From: Candidatus Doudnabacteria bacterium
Lineage (GTDB): Bacteria > Patescibacteriota > Doudnabacteria > UBA920 > 2-01-FULL-46-14
NCBI GenBank assembly: GCA_041497195.1
Contig: JBGQGB010000001.1
Location: 279,376-343,375, forward strand
Direction: 5' to 3'
Length of the DNA stretch: 64,000 nt
Shown one piece after another: positions 39,398 through 49,667 of this stretch (the first letter of the stretch is position 1; every line of letters begins with the position of its first letter). The notes under the pieces were generated by a model that was given only the letters and a program-made list of their open reading frames with translations, was not told the DNA's origin and did not search any database. The translations under genes were made by a program, and so were the position numbers.

Positions 39398-39461
39398 CAA
39401 ATCCAAAAACAAAAATTGCCTGGCCAAATCAGTCAAGCAATTTATCAGTGTCAAACTATAG

Positions 39462-39491
39462 CTATTTCATCTTCTTTCTAATGAACGCCGG
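39462..39491 (-). pseudogene. Recoded duplicate of ftsZ 3' end (PAFIRKKMK*)
   Basis: CCG GCG TTC ATT AGA AAG AAG ATG AAA TAG versus CCC GCC TTC ATT CGG AAA AAG ATG AAG TAG. Confidence 0.85.
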
Positions 39492-39523
39492 CCTGCACGC
39501 CGAAATTCCAATGGCAATAACCA

Positions 39524-40672
39524 CTACTTCATCTTTTTCCGAATGAAGGCGGGGATGTCTAGCTCCTCGTGTTCATCGTCGTCCGGTTCATCCAAGCTCT
39601 TTGTCGCAAACACCGGCTCCCTGGTCTTCTCAGTCATGTCTGGGGTGTCTCCAAAACTAAGGGAACTGGTCAAAGCGCTCTTCTGTACTGGTTTCTTGCG
39701 CACCACTTCGTCAAAACCAGTCGCAATCACAGTAATGCGAATTTCATCAGAAAGCTGCTCGTCCACCACGGCCCCAAAGATAATCTTGGCATCGGAATCG
39801 ACACTCCTGGTAATAATCTTGGCTGCTTCGTCGACTTCATACATACCCAAATCCTTGCCGCCTGTAATATTGAACAACACTCCTTTGGCCCCGTCGATTG
39901 AGACTTCTAGAAGAGGGGAATCAATCGCGGCTTTGGCGGCTTCCACGGCCCGATTCTCGCCGCTGCCTTTGCCAATGCCCATGAGGGCCGAACCAGCATC
40001 AGCCATCACGCTTTTCACGTCAGCAAAATCCACATTGATTAGTCCCGGAATGGTGACCAGATCAGCGATCCCCTGCACGCCTTGCCTCAAGACGTCATCC
40101 ACGGTCCGGAAAGCATCAAGCAGGGAGGTCTTTTTGTCGATGATCTGCAAAATCCGATCATTGGGAATCACGATGATGGTATCGACGTTTTCCTTGAGTT
40201 CTTCCAAAGCTTTCTCGGCAATCTCCCGACGCTTGGCCCCTTCGAAAGCAAAAGGCTTGGTCACCACCCCCACGGTCAGAATCCCTTCGCCTTTGGCGAT
40301 CTGGGCCACCACCGGACCTGCGCCGGAACCAGTGCCGCCACCGAGACCGCAAGTCACAAAAACCATATCAGAACCTTTGAGGGATTCCAAAATCTCTTCT
40401 TTGCTTTCTTCCGCGGCCTGCCGACCAGTATCCGGGTTCATGCCAGCGCCGAGGCCTCTGGTCGTCTGCTTGCCGATCTGAACTTTTTTGTCAGCCTTGG
40501 AATGGTGCAGGGCTTGCGCATCAGTATTGATGGCAATAAACTCCACGCCAGAAAGGCCGGCGGTAATCATACGGTGGATAGCATTGTGTCCTGACCCTCC
40601 CACGCCGATGACCTTAATCCGGGCAATTGTCTCAATTTTTGGCTTAATCTCCATATGGTTTCTGTTGGCCAT
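39524..40672 (-). CDS. ftsZ: Cell division protein FtsZ
   Basis: [24 protein letters not shown]. Confidence 0.98.
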   Translation of the reverse strand: MANRNHMEIKPKIETIARIKVIGVGGSGHNAIHRMITAGLSGVEFIAINTDAQALHHSKADKKVQIGKQTTRGLGAGMNPDTGRQAAEESKEEILESLKGSDMVFVTCGLGGGTGSGAGPVVAQIAKGEGILTVGVVTKPFAFEGAKRREIAEKALEELKENVDTIIVIPNDRILQIIDKKTSLLDAFRTVDDVLRQGVQGIADLVTIPGLINVDFADVKSVMADAGSALMGIGKGSGENRAVEAAKAAIDSPLLEVSIDGAKGVLFNITGGKDLGMYEVDEAAKIITRSVDSDAKIIFGAVVDEQLSDEIRITVIATGFDEVVRKKPVQKSALTSSLSFGDTPDMTEKTREPVFATKSLDEPDDDEHEELDIPAFIRKKMK

Positions 40673-40744
40673 AATACTTATAGAATAATACTAAAGCTCA
40701 GTACAAAGCGCAACCTGCACCCCACACCAAGCGCGCAGCACAAA

Positions 40745-41998
40745 CTAGGGTAAAAATTGTTTAAAAAACTTTCTTATCCGCTCGACACTGGCATTTTGCA
40801 AAACTTTTTTGGCAAACTGACTCATCCCGGCCATCCCAGGTCTTTTGGTCAGATATTCATCCGCCCACAAAATCAAACCCACGGCTGTGGCATAGGCCGG
40901 GTCATCCACGCGGTCAATGATGGTGGCGATATTTAAAGGAAACCCGATTTGTACGGGTAGGCGCAATTCTTTTTTGGCCAGCTCCACGAGGCCCGGAAGT
41001 TTGGTGCCCGCCCCAGTCAAAATCGCTCCCGCTGGCAACTGTCCGTCGCGGCCCACAGATTTCAACTCCTTGTTGACCATGCTAAAAATTTCCTCGAGCC
41101 GCGCCTGAATAATCTCGGCGAGATGGTGTCTGGAAATATGGCCCTCTTCGTTTTTATCAATTTTAGCCAAATTTATTTCCTCATCCTTCTTGACACTAGT
41201 AGGATTGGCCACCCCATACTCGGTTTTGATGAGTTCCGCGGCATCCACTGAAGTCCGCAGGCCAATAGCGATATCATTGGTGATATGATCCGAGCCGACT
41301 GGCAAAATTGTGGCATGTAACAACTCGGATTCTTCAAAAGCCACCACTCCGGTCGTGCCCCCGCCGAGCTCAATAAGCACCACCCCCAGCTCTTTTTGCC
41401 GCTTGGTCAGCACGGATTGAGCCGCGGCCAGGGGAGCGAGGACCAAATCGTCAATATCAATGCCGGCTTGCATGACGCACTTGGTCAAATTTTTTATAAA
41501 TGGGATAGAGGCCTCAATGATCTGGGTGTCCACTTCCAGGCGAATTCCCGTCATCCCGACCGGGTCTTTGATGCCAGCCTGTCCGTCGACAGTGAAATCT
41601 TTGGGGATGACGTGCAAAATTTCCCGATTTGTTGGAATCTGAATGGCCTGGCTGGCGTCGATCACGCGCACCACGTCGTTCTCGGTAATTTCCCCGTCCG
41701 CCCGCGCAACTGCGATGACGCCGTGACTGCCCAAACTGCTGACGTGCGCGCCCCCGACAGAAACCACCGCATGCTCCGTGGAAATACCCGTCATGCGCTC
41801 AGCCTTTTCCAAAGCAGTGGAGATGGAAGAAACAGCCTCCTCGATATCGACAATCACGCCACGCCGAATGCCGGCTGACGGGGCTTCGCCCACTCCGATA
41901 ATACTCGGCGGCGTGGATTCATTTTCCCGTTTGCCCACGACCACCCGAATCATAGTCGTCCCGACATCCAAACCCACCAAAATTTGATTTGAAGCCAT
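40745..41998 (-). CDS. ftsA: Cell division protein FtsA
   Basis: GLDVGT, DPVGMTG, ELGGGTT, ITNDIA. Confidence 0.96.
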   Translation of the reverse strand: MASNQILVGLDVGTTMIRVVVGKRENESTPPSIIGVGEAPSAGIRRGVIVDIEEAVSSISTALEKAERMTGISTEHAVVSVGGAHVSSLGSHGVIAVARADGEITENDVVRVIDASQAIQIPTNREILHVIPKDFTVDGQAGIKDPVGMTGIRLEVDTQIIEASIPFIKNLTKCVMQAGIDIDDLVLAPLAAAQSVLTKRQKELGVVLIELGGGTTGVVAFEESELLHATILPVGSDHITNDIAIGLRTSVDAAELIKTEYGVANPTSVKKDEEINLAKIDKNEEGHISRHHLAEIIQARLEEIFSMVNKELKSVGRDGQLPAGAILTGAGTKLPGLVELAKKELRLPVQIGFPLNIATIIDRVDDPAYATAVGLILWADEYLTKRPGMAGMSQFAKKVLQNASVERIRKFFKQFLP

Positions 41999-42000
41999 AA

Positions 42001-42447
42001 TTAATTCAGTAAGGATTTCACTGTTTGAGACACTGCCGCTCCGTCCGCGCGGCCTTTGAGCTTGGTCATCGCAGCTTGCATGACCTTGCCAAAATCTTTC
42101 GGTCCTGCCGGCTTCAGCTCCTCAATGACTGCTTGCACAGTACTGCGAAGTTCAGTCTCCGAAACCGGTTCGGGCAAATAGGATTGAATAACCTGAACCT
42201 CTGCTTCTTCCTGTGCGACCAAATCATCCCGGGCGCCGGTTTTGAATTGAGCAATGGAATCTTTGTGCTTTTTGACTGAACCCTGCAAAACCGCCAGAAT
42301 CTGCTCATCCGAAAGCTGGCCGTGTTTGGCGATTTCTTGATTGTGAATATCAGCCAGCATCATCCGCGTCACGGAAATCTTTACTCGATCACGGCTCTTC
42401 AAGGCCTCCTTCATATCATGTTCAATTTTTTCTTTGAGTGACGTCAA
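42001..42447 (-). CDS. GatB/YqeY domain protein
   Basis: DMKEALK, R.DL...E..E..VI..YLP, GKVM, GRADG. Confidence 0.92.
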   Translation of the reverse strand: MTSLKEKIEHDMKEALKSRDRVKISVTRMMLADIHNQEIAKHGQLSDEQILAVLQGSVKKHKDSIAQFKTGARDDLVAQEEAEVQVIQSYLPEPVSETELRSTVQAVIEELKPAGPKDFGKVMQAAMTKLKGRADGAAVSQTVKSLLN

Positions 42448-42470
42448 AACCGATAAAACAATTTTTAGAA

Positions 42471-42725
42471 TTAACGACCGCCGCGACGAGATCCGCGAAA
42501 AACAGGCAATTTACCCATACGACGCAAATTTTCTCGCTCTTCTGCGAGCTCGTTGCGACGCCTGGCACTCTCCCGAATCAGATTGCGGGATTTGCGCGGC
42601 TCGAAAAATTGGATTCTCCGGGCCCGAACCAAAATTCCGCTCTGCTGAATTTTCCGATTGAAACGGCGAAGTAGGCTTTCGAAGGATTCACCATCCTTCC
42701 GCTTGACTTCGACCACAAAATTCAC
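42471..42725 (-). CDS. rpsU: 30S ribosomal protein S21
   Basis: ESFESLLRRFNRKIQQSG. Confidence 0.85.
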   Translation of the reverse strand: MNFVVEVKRKDGESFESLLRRFNRKIQQSGILVRARRIQFFEPRKSRNLIRESARRRNELAEERENLRRMGKLPVFRGSRRGGR

Positions 42726-42885
42726 CCCCTCAGTTGGATTAAAATAAGTAGTCGCATTATACCACCCTTATCCGCGAACGGCAAATCCACCCCACAGCTT
42801 TGTCCTCAAACAAAAACAAGATACTTGGGATGCATTATCAATCTAGAAACCGAAGCCAACGCCGCAAGGTGGCTTCCTGGTGATT

Positions 42886-44160
42886 CTATTTACCCAAGCG
42901 CTTCTTCACTTCTTCAATAATACGATCGCGAGCAAACACCTCCTGGATGCCGCTGCGCATATCTCGCAAAATGATGGTTTCATCAAGCGCCTCTTTCTGA
43001 CCTATGATCAGCGTGATATCCGTATGCCTGTCGACGGCTTCCTTGAGTTGATTCTTAATGCTGCTGTTGCCCAAAATCGCTTCCTCGGCGCTAATCCCGG
43101 CTTGCTGCAGTGCCCGCTGCAAAAGCAGGGCGGGGCGTGCTGCCATTTCTCCCAAAGGAACCATAAACACTTCCACGTGACTGCCGATTTTTCTTGACTC
43201 CTCAGGTATCAGCTGCCAAAACTTTTCAAAAGAAGTCAAAAAACCGAGCAAGGGCACTTCGCTATCGTGACCTAAATAAACGGCAAAGCTTCCATAATTG
43301 CCGCCGGCACCCAAAATAGTTTTGCCTTCGTTAACTGTGACTCGGAAAATCATTTTTTGCTGCAAGATCTGCAAACTCAGGCTAGGCTTGAGCGTATAGA
43401 CGATTCCCAGGGAGTCGAGAGTTTCCAAAACGCCGACCAGAGTCGCCCGGCAGGACTCATCCAGAAAATCAACGATCTGGGGGGCGTTTGAGAGCAAAGC
43501 CTGGCAGGCTGGGTTTTCACAACGCCAGATCGCCATTGGGTTGGTTTCCAGATCCGAGGCTGATTCAGGACAAAGTTCGTAGTGAACTTTACGCAAATAT
43601 TCCTGCAGCATCCCTTGGTAATCTTTTTGGCACAGCTTGCAGCCCAAACAATTCACCTCCACCACAAAATCTTTGATCCCAAAAGCGTTGAATACCTGGC
43701 TAACCCCGTCAATGAGCTGGGCGTGCGCTAGTCCCGAGTCTTCGCCTAAGATAAACATCCCGAGCTCGTGGGAGCTGGCTAATTTGCCGTCGTTAATTTC
43801 TAGCACCGGAGACAGATAAAACCATTTGGCAACGTGTGGTCCGTGCAATTTGACGTTTCTGGCGTAACGCTTCAGGATGCTCAAAAAATGAGTCGGGTTC
43901 AAAACCAGATCATGTTGAAACCGCCCGTCGGAAACTTCCAAAATTTTGTCTCCAAAATGTCGCTGCAGTTCCGGGTGTTTGACAAAAACAGAACGCTCTT
44001 CGACTGGCGATGGGAGAACCTGCTGGAATCCCAAATTCTCAACTTTTTTCAAAAGATTATCCATGGCCAAATCCTGTGCCACCACTGTGGATTGGGGAAC
44101 CTCGGTCAAAACCGGCTGGCGGACAAAGGTAGCGATATTTTTTTTGCGTTTTAAATTCAT
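42886..44160 (-). CDS. Degenerate HisRS paralog (HisS/HisZ-like)
   Basis: HisRS anticodon-binding tail (QLKEA..IIGQKE..ILRDM) and GAGGNY, but catalytic motifs eroded. Confidence 0.75.
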   Translation of the reverse strand: MNLKRKKNIATFVRQPVLTEVPQSTVVAQDLAMDNLLKKVENLGFQQVLPSPVEERSVFVKHPELQRHFGDKILEVSDGRFQHDLVLNPTHFLSILKRYARNVKLHGPHVAKWFYLSPVLEINDGKLASSHELGMFILGEDSGLAHAQLIDGVSQVFNAFGIKDFVVEVNCLGCKLCQKDYQGMLQEYLRKVHYELCPESASDLETNPMAIWRCENPACQALLSNAPQIVDFLDESCRATLVGVLETLDSLGIVYTLKPSLSLQILQQKMIFRVTVNEGKTILGAGGNYGSFAVYLGHDSEVPLLGFLTSFEKFWQLIPEESRKIGSHVEVFMVPLGEMAARPALLLQRALQQAGISAEEAILGNSSIKNQLKEAVDRHTDITLIIGQKEALDETIILRDMRSGIQEVFARDRIIEEVKKRLGK

Positions 44161-44184
44161 ATCTATCGTGAAGTAAACAACAAT

Positions 44185-44814
44185 CTAGTTCGCTACTGAA
44201 AGTGGTTTGTAAGCCGGTGCTGAAAATTGCCCTAGCTCATTTGTCGGAAAAAGCCGAAACAAAACGCGCCCGACAATATATTTACGATCCAGCGCTCCGA
44301 AGACTCGAGAATCCGAGGAAGACAACCGGTTGTCACCCAACACAAAAAACTCATTCGGCCCGAGCGTGCGGTCAATATTGCCGTAGGTAATATTGTTGTT
44401 AGGCAGATAGCTTTCGTCCAAGGCAATCCCGTTTGGGTTGGCAGCATTGTAGACAGTGACATGTCCATTGTCGATCACTATCCGCTCGTTCGGCAAACCG
44501 ACTATTCGCTTGATGAAGTATTGGGAGGTGTCATTGGGAAATTTCAAAACAATCACCTCGCCACGTTCCGGCTGACGCAAATGATAGGTCATTTCGTCTA
44601 TGATCAAATAATTACCGTCCTGAAAATTGGGTCGCATCGAATCGCCAGTCACTACAAACGGTTGAAACAAAAACCACCGCACTGGAATGATAATAGCGAC
44701 AGCGATGATAAAAACCTTCAAAAAATCAAAAATGAACAAGCCTACCGCCCCTAGAGTACTGCTGGGTTTATTGTGCTCGGGCATTGGGGTTTGCGGCGCG
44801 GTATTTTCTGGCAT
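44185..44814 (-). CDS. lepB: Signal peptidase I
   Basis: GDSMRPN, FIKRIVGLP, GDNR..S.DSR. Confidence 0.95.
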   Translation of the reverse strand: MPENTAPQTPMPEHNKPSSTLGAVGLFIFDFLKVFIIAVAIIIPVRWFLFQPFVVTGDSMRPNFQDGNYLIIDEMTYHLRQPERGEVIVLKFPNDTSQYFIKRIVGLPNERIVIDNGHVTVYNAANPNGIALDESYLPNNNITYGNIDRTLGPNEFFVLGDNRLSSSDSRVFGALDRKYIVGRVLFRLFPTNELGQFSAPAYKPLSVAN

Positions 44815-45021
44815 AATTTTATTTGCAAGCGATGGGACTGAATCAAGCCTCTAGCTTTGCTGCCAAAGCCAAGCCATTCAATCAAGATAACGATACCTTT
44901 ATTTCAAATTTGCTACAGTAAGGTTTACTATAGCACTAAAATAGACTAACTTCAACACCAAAAAAGCGCTATGTAAAACGCGTTTTAAAAAGCTTGGACA
45001 ACAAAAATCCGTAAATTCATA

Positions 45022-45098
45022 TGGTGGACGCAGCTGGACTCGAACCAGCGACCTCTGCAATGTGAATGCAGCGCTCTAACCAGCTGAGCTATGCGTCC
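45022..45098 (-). tRNA. tRNA-Val(CAC)
   Basis: GGACGCA acceptor, CTGCA-TTCACAT-TGCAG, encoded CCA. Confidence 0.95.
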
Positions 45099-45210
45099 GC
45101 ATCTTATATGTATGCCTTTGTTCCTTTGTCCAAAAAACCGCGGTTTTTTGGAATTTTTTTGATCACAATTACTATATCAAATTATCGGAAATTTTGATAT
45201 AATAAAATTC

Positions 45211-46581
45211 ATGCTTGATTCCGTACAATCGCCGCAACACAACCCAGAACCAATCCTGCCGAAAAGGGGTAAATTTCGATTTTGGTTTGCCCTCATCATG
45301 CTGATACTCTTAGGCGGCGGGATTTTCGTGGGCAGCCGCTTGGTCATCTTCGCGCAAAAAATAATCGAAACCAAAAACGGTCCTCTCAGCTTTGGTCAGT
45401 TATTTCTCGGCTCCGACAAAAAACTCACCGGGGAAGACCAAAAGGAAGTGCATATCCTCCTGATGGGCATCGGGGGCGAGGGCCACGACGGCCCGAACCT
45501 GACGGACACGATGATTTTGGCCACTTTGAAGCTGCCGCAAAATTCCCAGGAAAAACTCCAGGTCGGGCTTTTTTCCATCCCCCGCGATCTGGTCGTAAAT
45601 ATACCGGGGCATGATTTCGTAAAAATCAATTCTGCCTTTGCCTACGGCCAACAGGATAATCAAAATCAGGGAGCGGCCCTCGCCACGCAAGCCGTAGAAA
45701 ACCTCCTTGATATCAAAATTCCCTACTACGGGGTTCTGGATTTTCAAGGCTTCAAAAAAGTCGTGGACGACGTCGGTGGGGTCACGGTGAACGTGGACCG
45801 AACTTTTACTGATCGTGAGTATCCGGATGAAAAAAACGGCTATCTCCCACCGGTCACTTTTGAAGCAGGGACACAGACCATGGACGGCGGACGGGCGCTC
45901 GAATATGTCCGCTCTCGCCACGGAGACAACGGCGAAGGCACGGATTTTGCCCGCTCCCGCAGACAGGAAAAAATATTGAAAGCTCTGAAAGACAAAATCG
46001 TCAACTTGCGCGTCCTGATAAACCTGAATCTCATGGACCAGATCCTCAACGATATTGGTGATCACGTACGGACCAATTTGCAGCCTTACGAGATGAAACG
46101 AATTTATGATCTGACTAAAAACGTCAACGATGCCGACATCGCGACCAATTCTCTCGACGTAGAGTCCGGCATCCTTTGCAACCAAATCGACCAGAATACC
46201 GGCGCCTATATTTTGGTTCCGTGCACCGGCTTGTCGGACTATAGCGGCATTCGAAATCTATTTGATAGTCAATTTGTCGCCCATTCGTTCTTGCGGGAAA
46301 ATCCGACCGTAGAAATCCAAAACGCCGGGGGCGACGGACAAATTTTGAAATCGGCCCAAGCCAAAATTTTTCACCCGGACCTCAAAACTACTGTGGGTTT
46401 CTATCGCGGCAAGGTCGCGTATACGCAAAGCATCATCTACGATAATACCGGGGGGCAAAAATTGGAAACCTTGCAATATCTCAAAGACCGTCTGGGAATA
46501 GGCGTCGCCTCTGGGCCTTTTCCTTTCGCAACTAGCACTCAAAATCCGGATTTCGTCATCATCCTGGCTAAAAATTTATAG
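45211..46581 (+). CDS. LytR-CpsA-Psr (LCP) family protein
   Basis: TDTMIL, SIPRDL, KINSA, YVRSRH, DFARSRRQ. Confidence 0.93.
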   Translation: MLDSVQSPQHNPEPILPKRGKFRFWFALIMLILLGGGIFVGSRLVIFAQKIIETKNGPLSFGQLFLGSDKKLTGEDQKEVHILLMGIGGEGHDGPNLTDTMILATLKLPQNSQEKLQVGLFSIPRDLVVNIPGHDFVKINSAFAYGQQDNQNQGAALATQAVENLLDIKIPYYGVLDFQGFKKVVDDVGGVTVNVDRTFTDREYPDEKNGYLPPVTFEAGTQTMDGGRALEYVRSRHGDNGEGTDFARSRRQEKILKALKDKIVNLRVLINLNLMDQILNDIGDHVRTNLQPYEMKRIYDLTKNVNDADIATNSLDVESGILCNQIDQNTGAYILVPCTGLSDYSGIRNLFDSQFVAHSFLRENPTVEIQNAGGDGQILKSAQAKIFHPDLKTTVGFYRGKVAYTQSIIYDNTGGQKLETLQYLKDRLGIGVASGPFPFATSTQNPDFVIILAKNL

Positions 46582-46591
46582 CTTGAAAAAA

Positions 46592-47146
46592 ATGAAATTG
46601 ATCGTCGGATTAGGCAATCCTGGAAAAAAATACCAACAGACTCGGCATAATGTTGGATTTCGGGTTGTCGAGCGGCTTGGCTTAGAAAAAGGGGTAAAAT
46701 TTTATTCAGAACCAAAGTTCAAGGCCAATATTGCCTTACTGACTTCCGAGCCGGAAAAAGTCAGACTGGTACAGCCGTTGACCTACATGAATGCATCCGG
46801 AGAAGCAGTGTCCGATCTCAAAAAATACTACAAATATTCGGACGAAGATATCGTCGTAGTTCATGACGATATAGATTTGCCTTTGGGAAAGATCCGGGTT
46901 TCCAAAGGGGCCGGAACGGCGGGACACCGCGGCATAGAATCAATTTTGGGACAAATGGATAAGTCAAAACTGAACCGCATAAGAATTGGTATCGAAAATA
47001 GAAAAACTCGTCGCGAGATACCCACTGAAATTTACGTCCTGCAAAAATTTACCGCAGCCGAAGAAACAATATTTGAAAATAAAATCATTCCCCTGGCTAT
47101 AGCGGAAATCAAAAAGTTCTTATCAAAAAACGAAACTCCACAATAA
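46592..47146 (+). CDS. pth: Peptidyl-tRNA hydrolase
   Basis: GLGNPG, TRHNVGF, YMNASG, HDDIDL, GHRG. Confidence 0.96.
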   Translation: MKLIVGLGNPGKKYQQTRHNVGFRVVERLGLEKGVKFYSEPKFKANIALLTSEPEKVRLVQPLTYMNASGEAVSDLKKYYKYSDEDIVVVHDDIDLPLGKIRVSKGAGTAGHRGIESILGQMDKSKLNRIRIGIENRKTRREIPTEIYVLQKFTAAEETIFENKIIPLAIAEIKKFLSKNETPQ

Positions 47147-47173
47147 CTTGTGGAGCAGAGTCCGCCTTGAGCG

Positions 47174-47312
47174 GATAGTGCCCTGTTACCTACCAGCGAG
47201 CGTAAGCCCCTACTGGATAAACCAGTCCTGACTTAACTTGACGGTTACTCATCAGCTCTAGGAGGGATGAAACTGACTTTGGCCACTCGAAGGTAGGTAG
47301 TAAAGCACTATC
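47174..47312 (-). ncRNA. ssrS: Probable 6S RNA
   Basis: Rod-like fold with central bubble and small 3' hairpin; own promoter TTGACA-17-TAACAT (47321-47349) and terminator near 47126-47156. Confidence 0.65.
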
Positions 47313-47352
47313 AGAGAGATATGTTAGCAGTTTTGGGCAGGATTGTCAAGAG

Positions 47353-48441
47353 ATGAACAAAGAGCACATCTATTTTAACGCTTTCAACCAGGTCGGCCAA
47401 ATCGGTTCGGTCCGGTTTCGCAAACTCCTGAATCATTTCCCGGACATGGAAACAGCCTGGCGCGCCCCTATGGGTGAATATTTGAGAGCTGGGCTGGAGG
47501 AGCCGATAGTCCAAAAAATCCTGGAAATCAAGACGCAAATCGAGCCGGAAGCCGAATTTGAAAAATTGCTTAAAAAAGCCGTCACGCTCCTGACTTATCC
47601 GGAAGAGAGCTACCCGAAACTGCTCAAAGAAATCCCCAATCCGCCGATGATTTTGTATATCTTAGGGACGATTCAGGCCAAAGACGAGATGGCAGTCGCG
47701 GTAGTCGGGAGCCGCAAATTCAGCCAGTACGGCCAACAGGTGACGCAGGACATCGTGCGCGACCTGGTGCGCGCCAACATTACTGTTGTTTCCGGTTTAG
47801 CTCTCGGCATTGACGCACTCGCTCACCGCACTGCCGTCGAGTTTGATGGGCGGACCGTGGCAGTGCTGGCCTGCGGCATTGACTCGATCTACCCGGCCAA
47901 CAACCGCGTGATTGCCGACAAAATTTTGCAAGGCCACGGCGCCATCATCTCCGAGTTTCCTCTCGGCACCCCCCCGCTCAAACACCATTTCCCCCACCGC
48001 AACCGGATCATCTCCGGCCTGTCTCTGGGCACGGTGGTGATCGAAGCCGCGCTTGATTCCGGCGCGCTGATCACCGCCCAGCATGCCCTGGAACAAAATC
48101 GCCAGGTATTTGCTGTCCCAGGGTCAATCTACAATCCCGCTTCCGCTGGGCCGAATAACCTCCTCAAAATGGGGGCTAAACCAGTGACGGCGGCAACAGA
48201 CATTCTTGAGGATTTGAATCTGGGACATTTACAACAGGAATTGCTCACTGAAGAAATAGTCGGCGACAATGAAGACGAGCAAAAAATCCTCGCCATCCTC
48301 ACCCGCGTACCCCAACATTTTGACCAAATCACCCAACTAGTGAGCTTGCCCGCTGCCACAGTCGCCGCTAGTTTGACCATCATGGAAATGAAAGGCAAGG
48401 TCCGCAACCTCGGTGCCAATCAATATATCAAGCCTAGATAA
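47353..48441 (+). CDS. dprA: DNA processing protein DprA
   Basis: AVVGSR, VSGLALGID, FPHRNRIISGLS, SGALITA. Confidence 0.96.
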   Translation: MNKEHIYFNAFNQVGQIGSVRFRKLLNHFPDMETAWRAPMGEYLRAGLEEPIVQKILEIKTQIEPEAEFEKLLKKAVTLLTYPEESYPKLLKEIPNPPMILYILGTIQAKDEMAVAVVGSRKFSQYGQQVTQDIVRDLVRANITVVSGLALGIDALAHRTAVEFDGRTVAVLACGIDSIYPANNRVIADKILQGHGAIISEFPLGTPPLKHHFPHRNRIISGLSLGTVVIEAALDSGALITAQHALEQNRQVFAVPGSIYNPASAGPNNLLKMGAKPVTAATDILEDLNLGHLQQELLTEEIVGDNEDEQKILAILTRVPQHFDQITQLVSLPAATVAASLTIMEMKGKVRNLGANQYIKPR

Positions 48442-49468
48442 AAAAACGGTTTTGTTTTTGCTGGCCCTCTTTGGCGCCGGCATTTTTTGGTTCAACCAAG
48501 CCTCCGCGCCGGCTGCGCGACCTTCCTCAAATTTACCACTGGCTGCTGAAACGCCGCGCCGTACCACAGTGCTCTTGACTGGCGATATTATGCTGTCGCG
48601 GAACGTGGGTGCCAAAATAGATGCCGCAAACAATCCCAGTCTGCCATTTCAAAATCTGCAGGATAACTTACAAATTGCTAGCCTGACTTTTGGCAATCTG
48701 GAGTGCCCGCTCTCGGAAAACCCCAATCCTTTGGGTGAAGGGCTGGTATTTCGCTGCCTCGCACGATTTGTTACAGGCCTCGTCACTGCGGGATTTGATG
48801 TCCTCTCGACTGCCAACAATCACGCCCTCGATCAGGGAGAAAAAAATGTAGACTACACCATCGACTATCTCGCTTCCCAAAATATTTTGCCAGTAGGCAC
48901 TGGCCATGACTTTGCCGAAGCGCATGCCGGACAAATCCTGCCGCGCAATGGAATCAAGTTTGGCTTTCTGTCCTATAGCTACACAGCGCTCAATGATGGC
49001 GGCAAAAGCACTAACCCAAAAATCGCTGACTTCAATGACACCCCACAAATGCAAAAAGACGTGGCTGCCCTGAGGGAGCGCACCGACATTGTCATCGTGA
49101 ATATGCATGCCGGGATTGAGTACACCAGACTCCCAACGCCAACGCAGATTAAATTCGCCCATGCCGCGATTGATGCTGGCGCTGACGTAGTGGTGGGCGA
49201 ACACTCGCACTGGATCCAAAATATCGACACTTACCAAGGCAAACCGGTTTTCTACGGCCTAGGGAATTTTGTGTTTGACCAGTCCTGGAGTGAGGAGACT
49301 AAAGAAGGCCTGACCGTGAAACTGAATTTCCAGGGCAAGCAACTCCAGTCCGCTGACTTGCTGCCAGTGATAATCGAAAATAATTTTCAACCACGGCCAG
49401 CGACTGCAAAAGAAACGCAGGCGATTTTACAGAAAATCAGCGCGACTTCGACCATAATCAATTTCTGA
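48413..49468 (+). CDS. CapA / poly-gamma-glutamate synthesis family metallophosphoesterase
   Basis: GDIML, GNLE, ANNHALD, HAG.EY, HSH, YGLGNF.FDQ. Confidence 0.9.
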   Translation: MPINISSLDKKTVLFLLALFGAGIFWFNQASAPAARPSSNLPLAAETPRRTTVLLTGDIMLSRNVGAKIDAANNPSLPFQNLQDNLQIASLTFGNLECPLSENPNPLGEGLVFRCLARFVTGLVTAGFDVLSTANNHALDQGEKNVDYTIDYLASQNILPVGTGHDFAEAHAGQILPRNGIKFGFLSYSYTALNDGGKSTNPKIADFNDTPQMQKDVAALRERTDIVIVNMHAGIEYTRLPTPTQIKFAHAAIDAGADVVVGEHSHWIQNIDTYQGKPVFYGLGNFVFDQSWSEETKEGLTVKLNFQGKQLQSADLLPVIIENNFQPRPATAKETQAILQKISATSTIINF

Positions 49469-49469
49469 T

Positions 49470-49644
49470 TTGCAAACTTGCTGGTTTGGAATTATTATCA
49501 AAGTGTCCACTTAGCAAAGCTATGATTCACGTCAACAACGCCAATTTAATTTTTACCATCTCCTACAGTACGGGTCGGGCAAATCGTTTGCTTTGCTGAA
49601 GTCGGTTTCTTGAACTTGGGGCCGACTTCGGTCGGCTTTTTTTT
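49470..49644 (+). promoter_or_regulatory. Promoter plus riboswitch/attenuator-like leader
   Basis: TTGCAA-17-TATTAT; stem 49509-49520/49590-49602; terminator GCCGAC-TTCG-GTCGGC then T8; competing antiterminator. Confidence 0.65.
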
Positions 49645-49667
49645 ATTAGCTTTAATTTTCCAACAAA

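Noticed and set aside
39462-39526. Stop-codon readthrough giving FtsZ a second C-terminal peptide
   Set aside because: The duplicate is out of frame (32-nt gap).
47174-47312. RNase P, SRP, tmRNA or riboswitch identity
   Set aside because: Lacks their signature sequences; independent promoter/terminator and rod fold fit 6S better.
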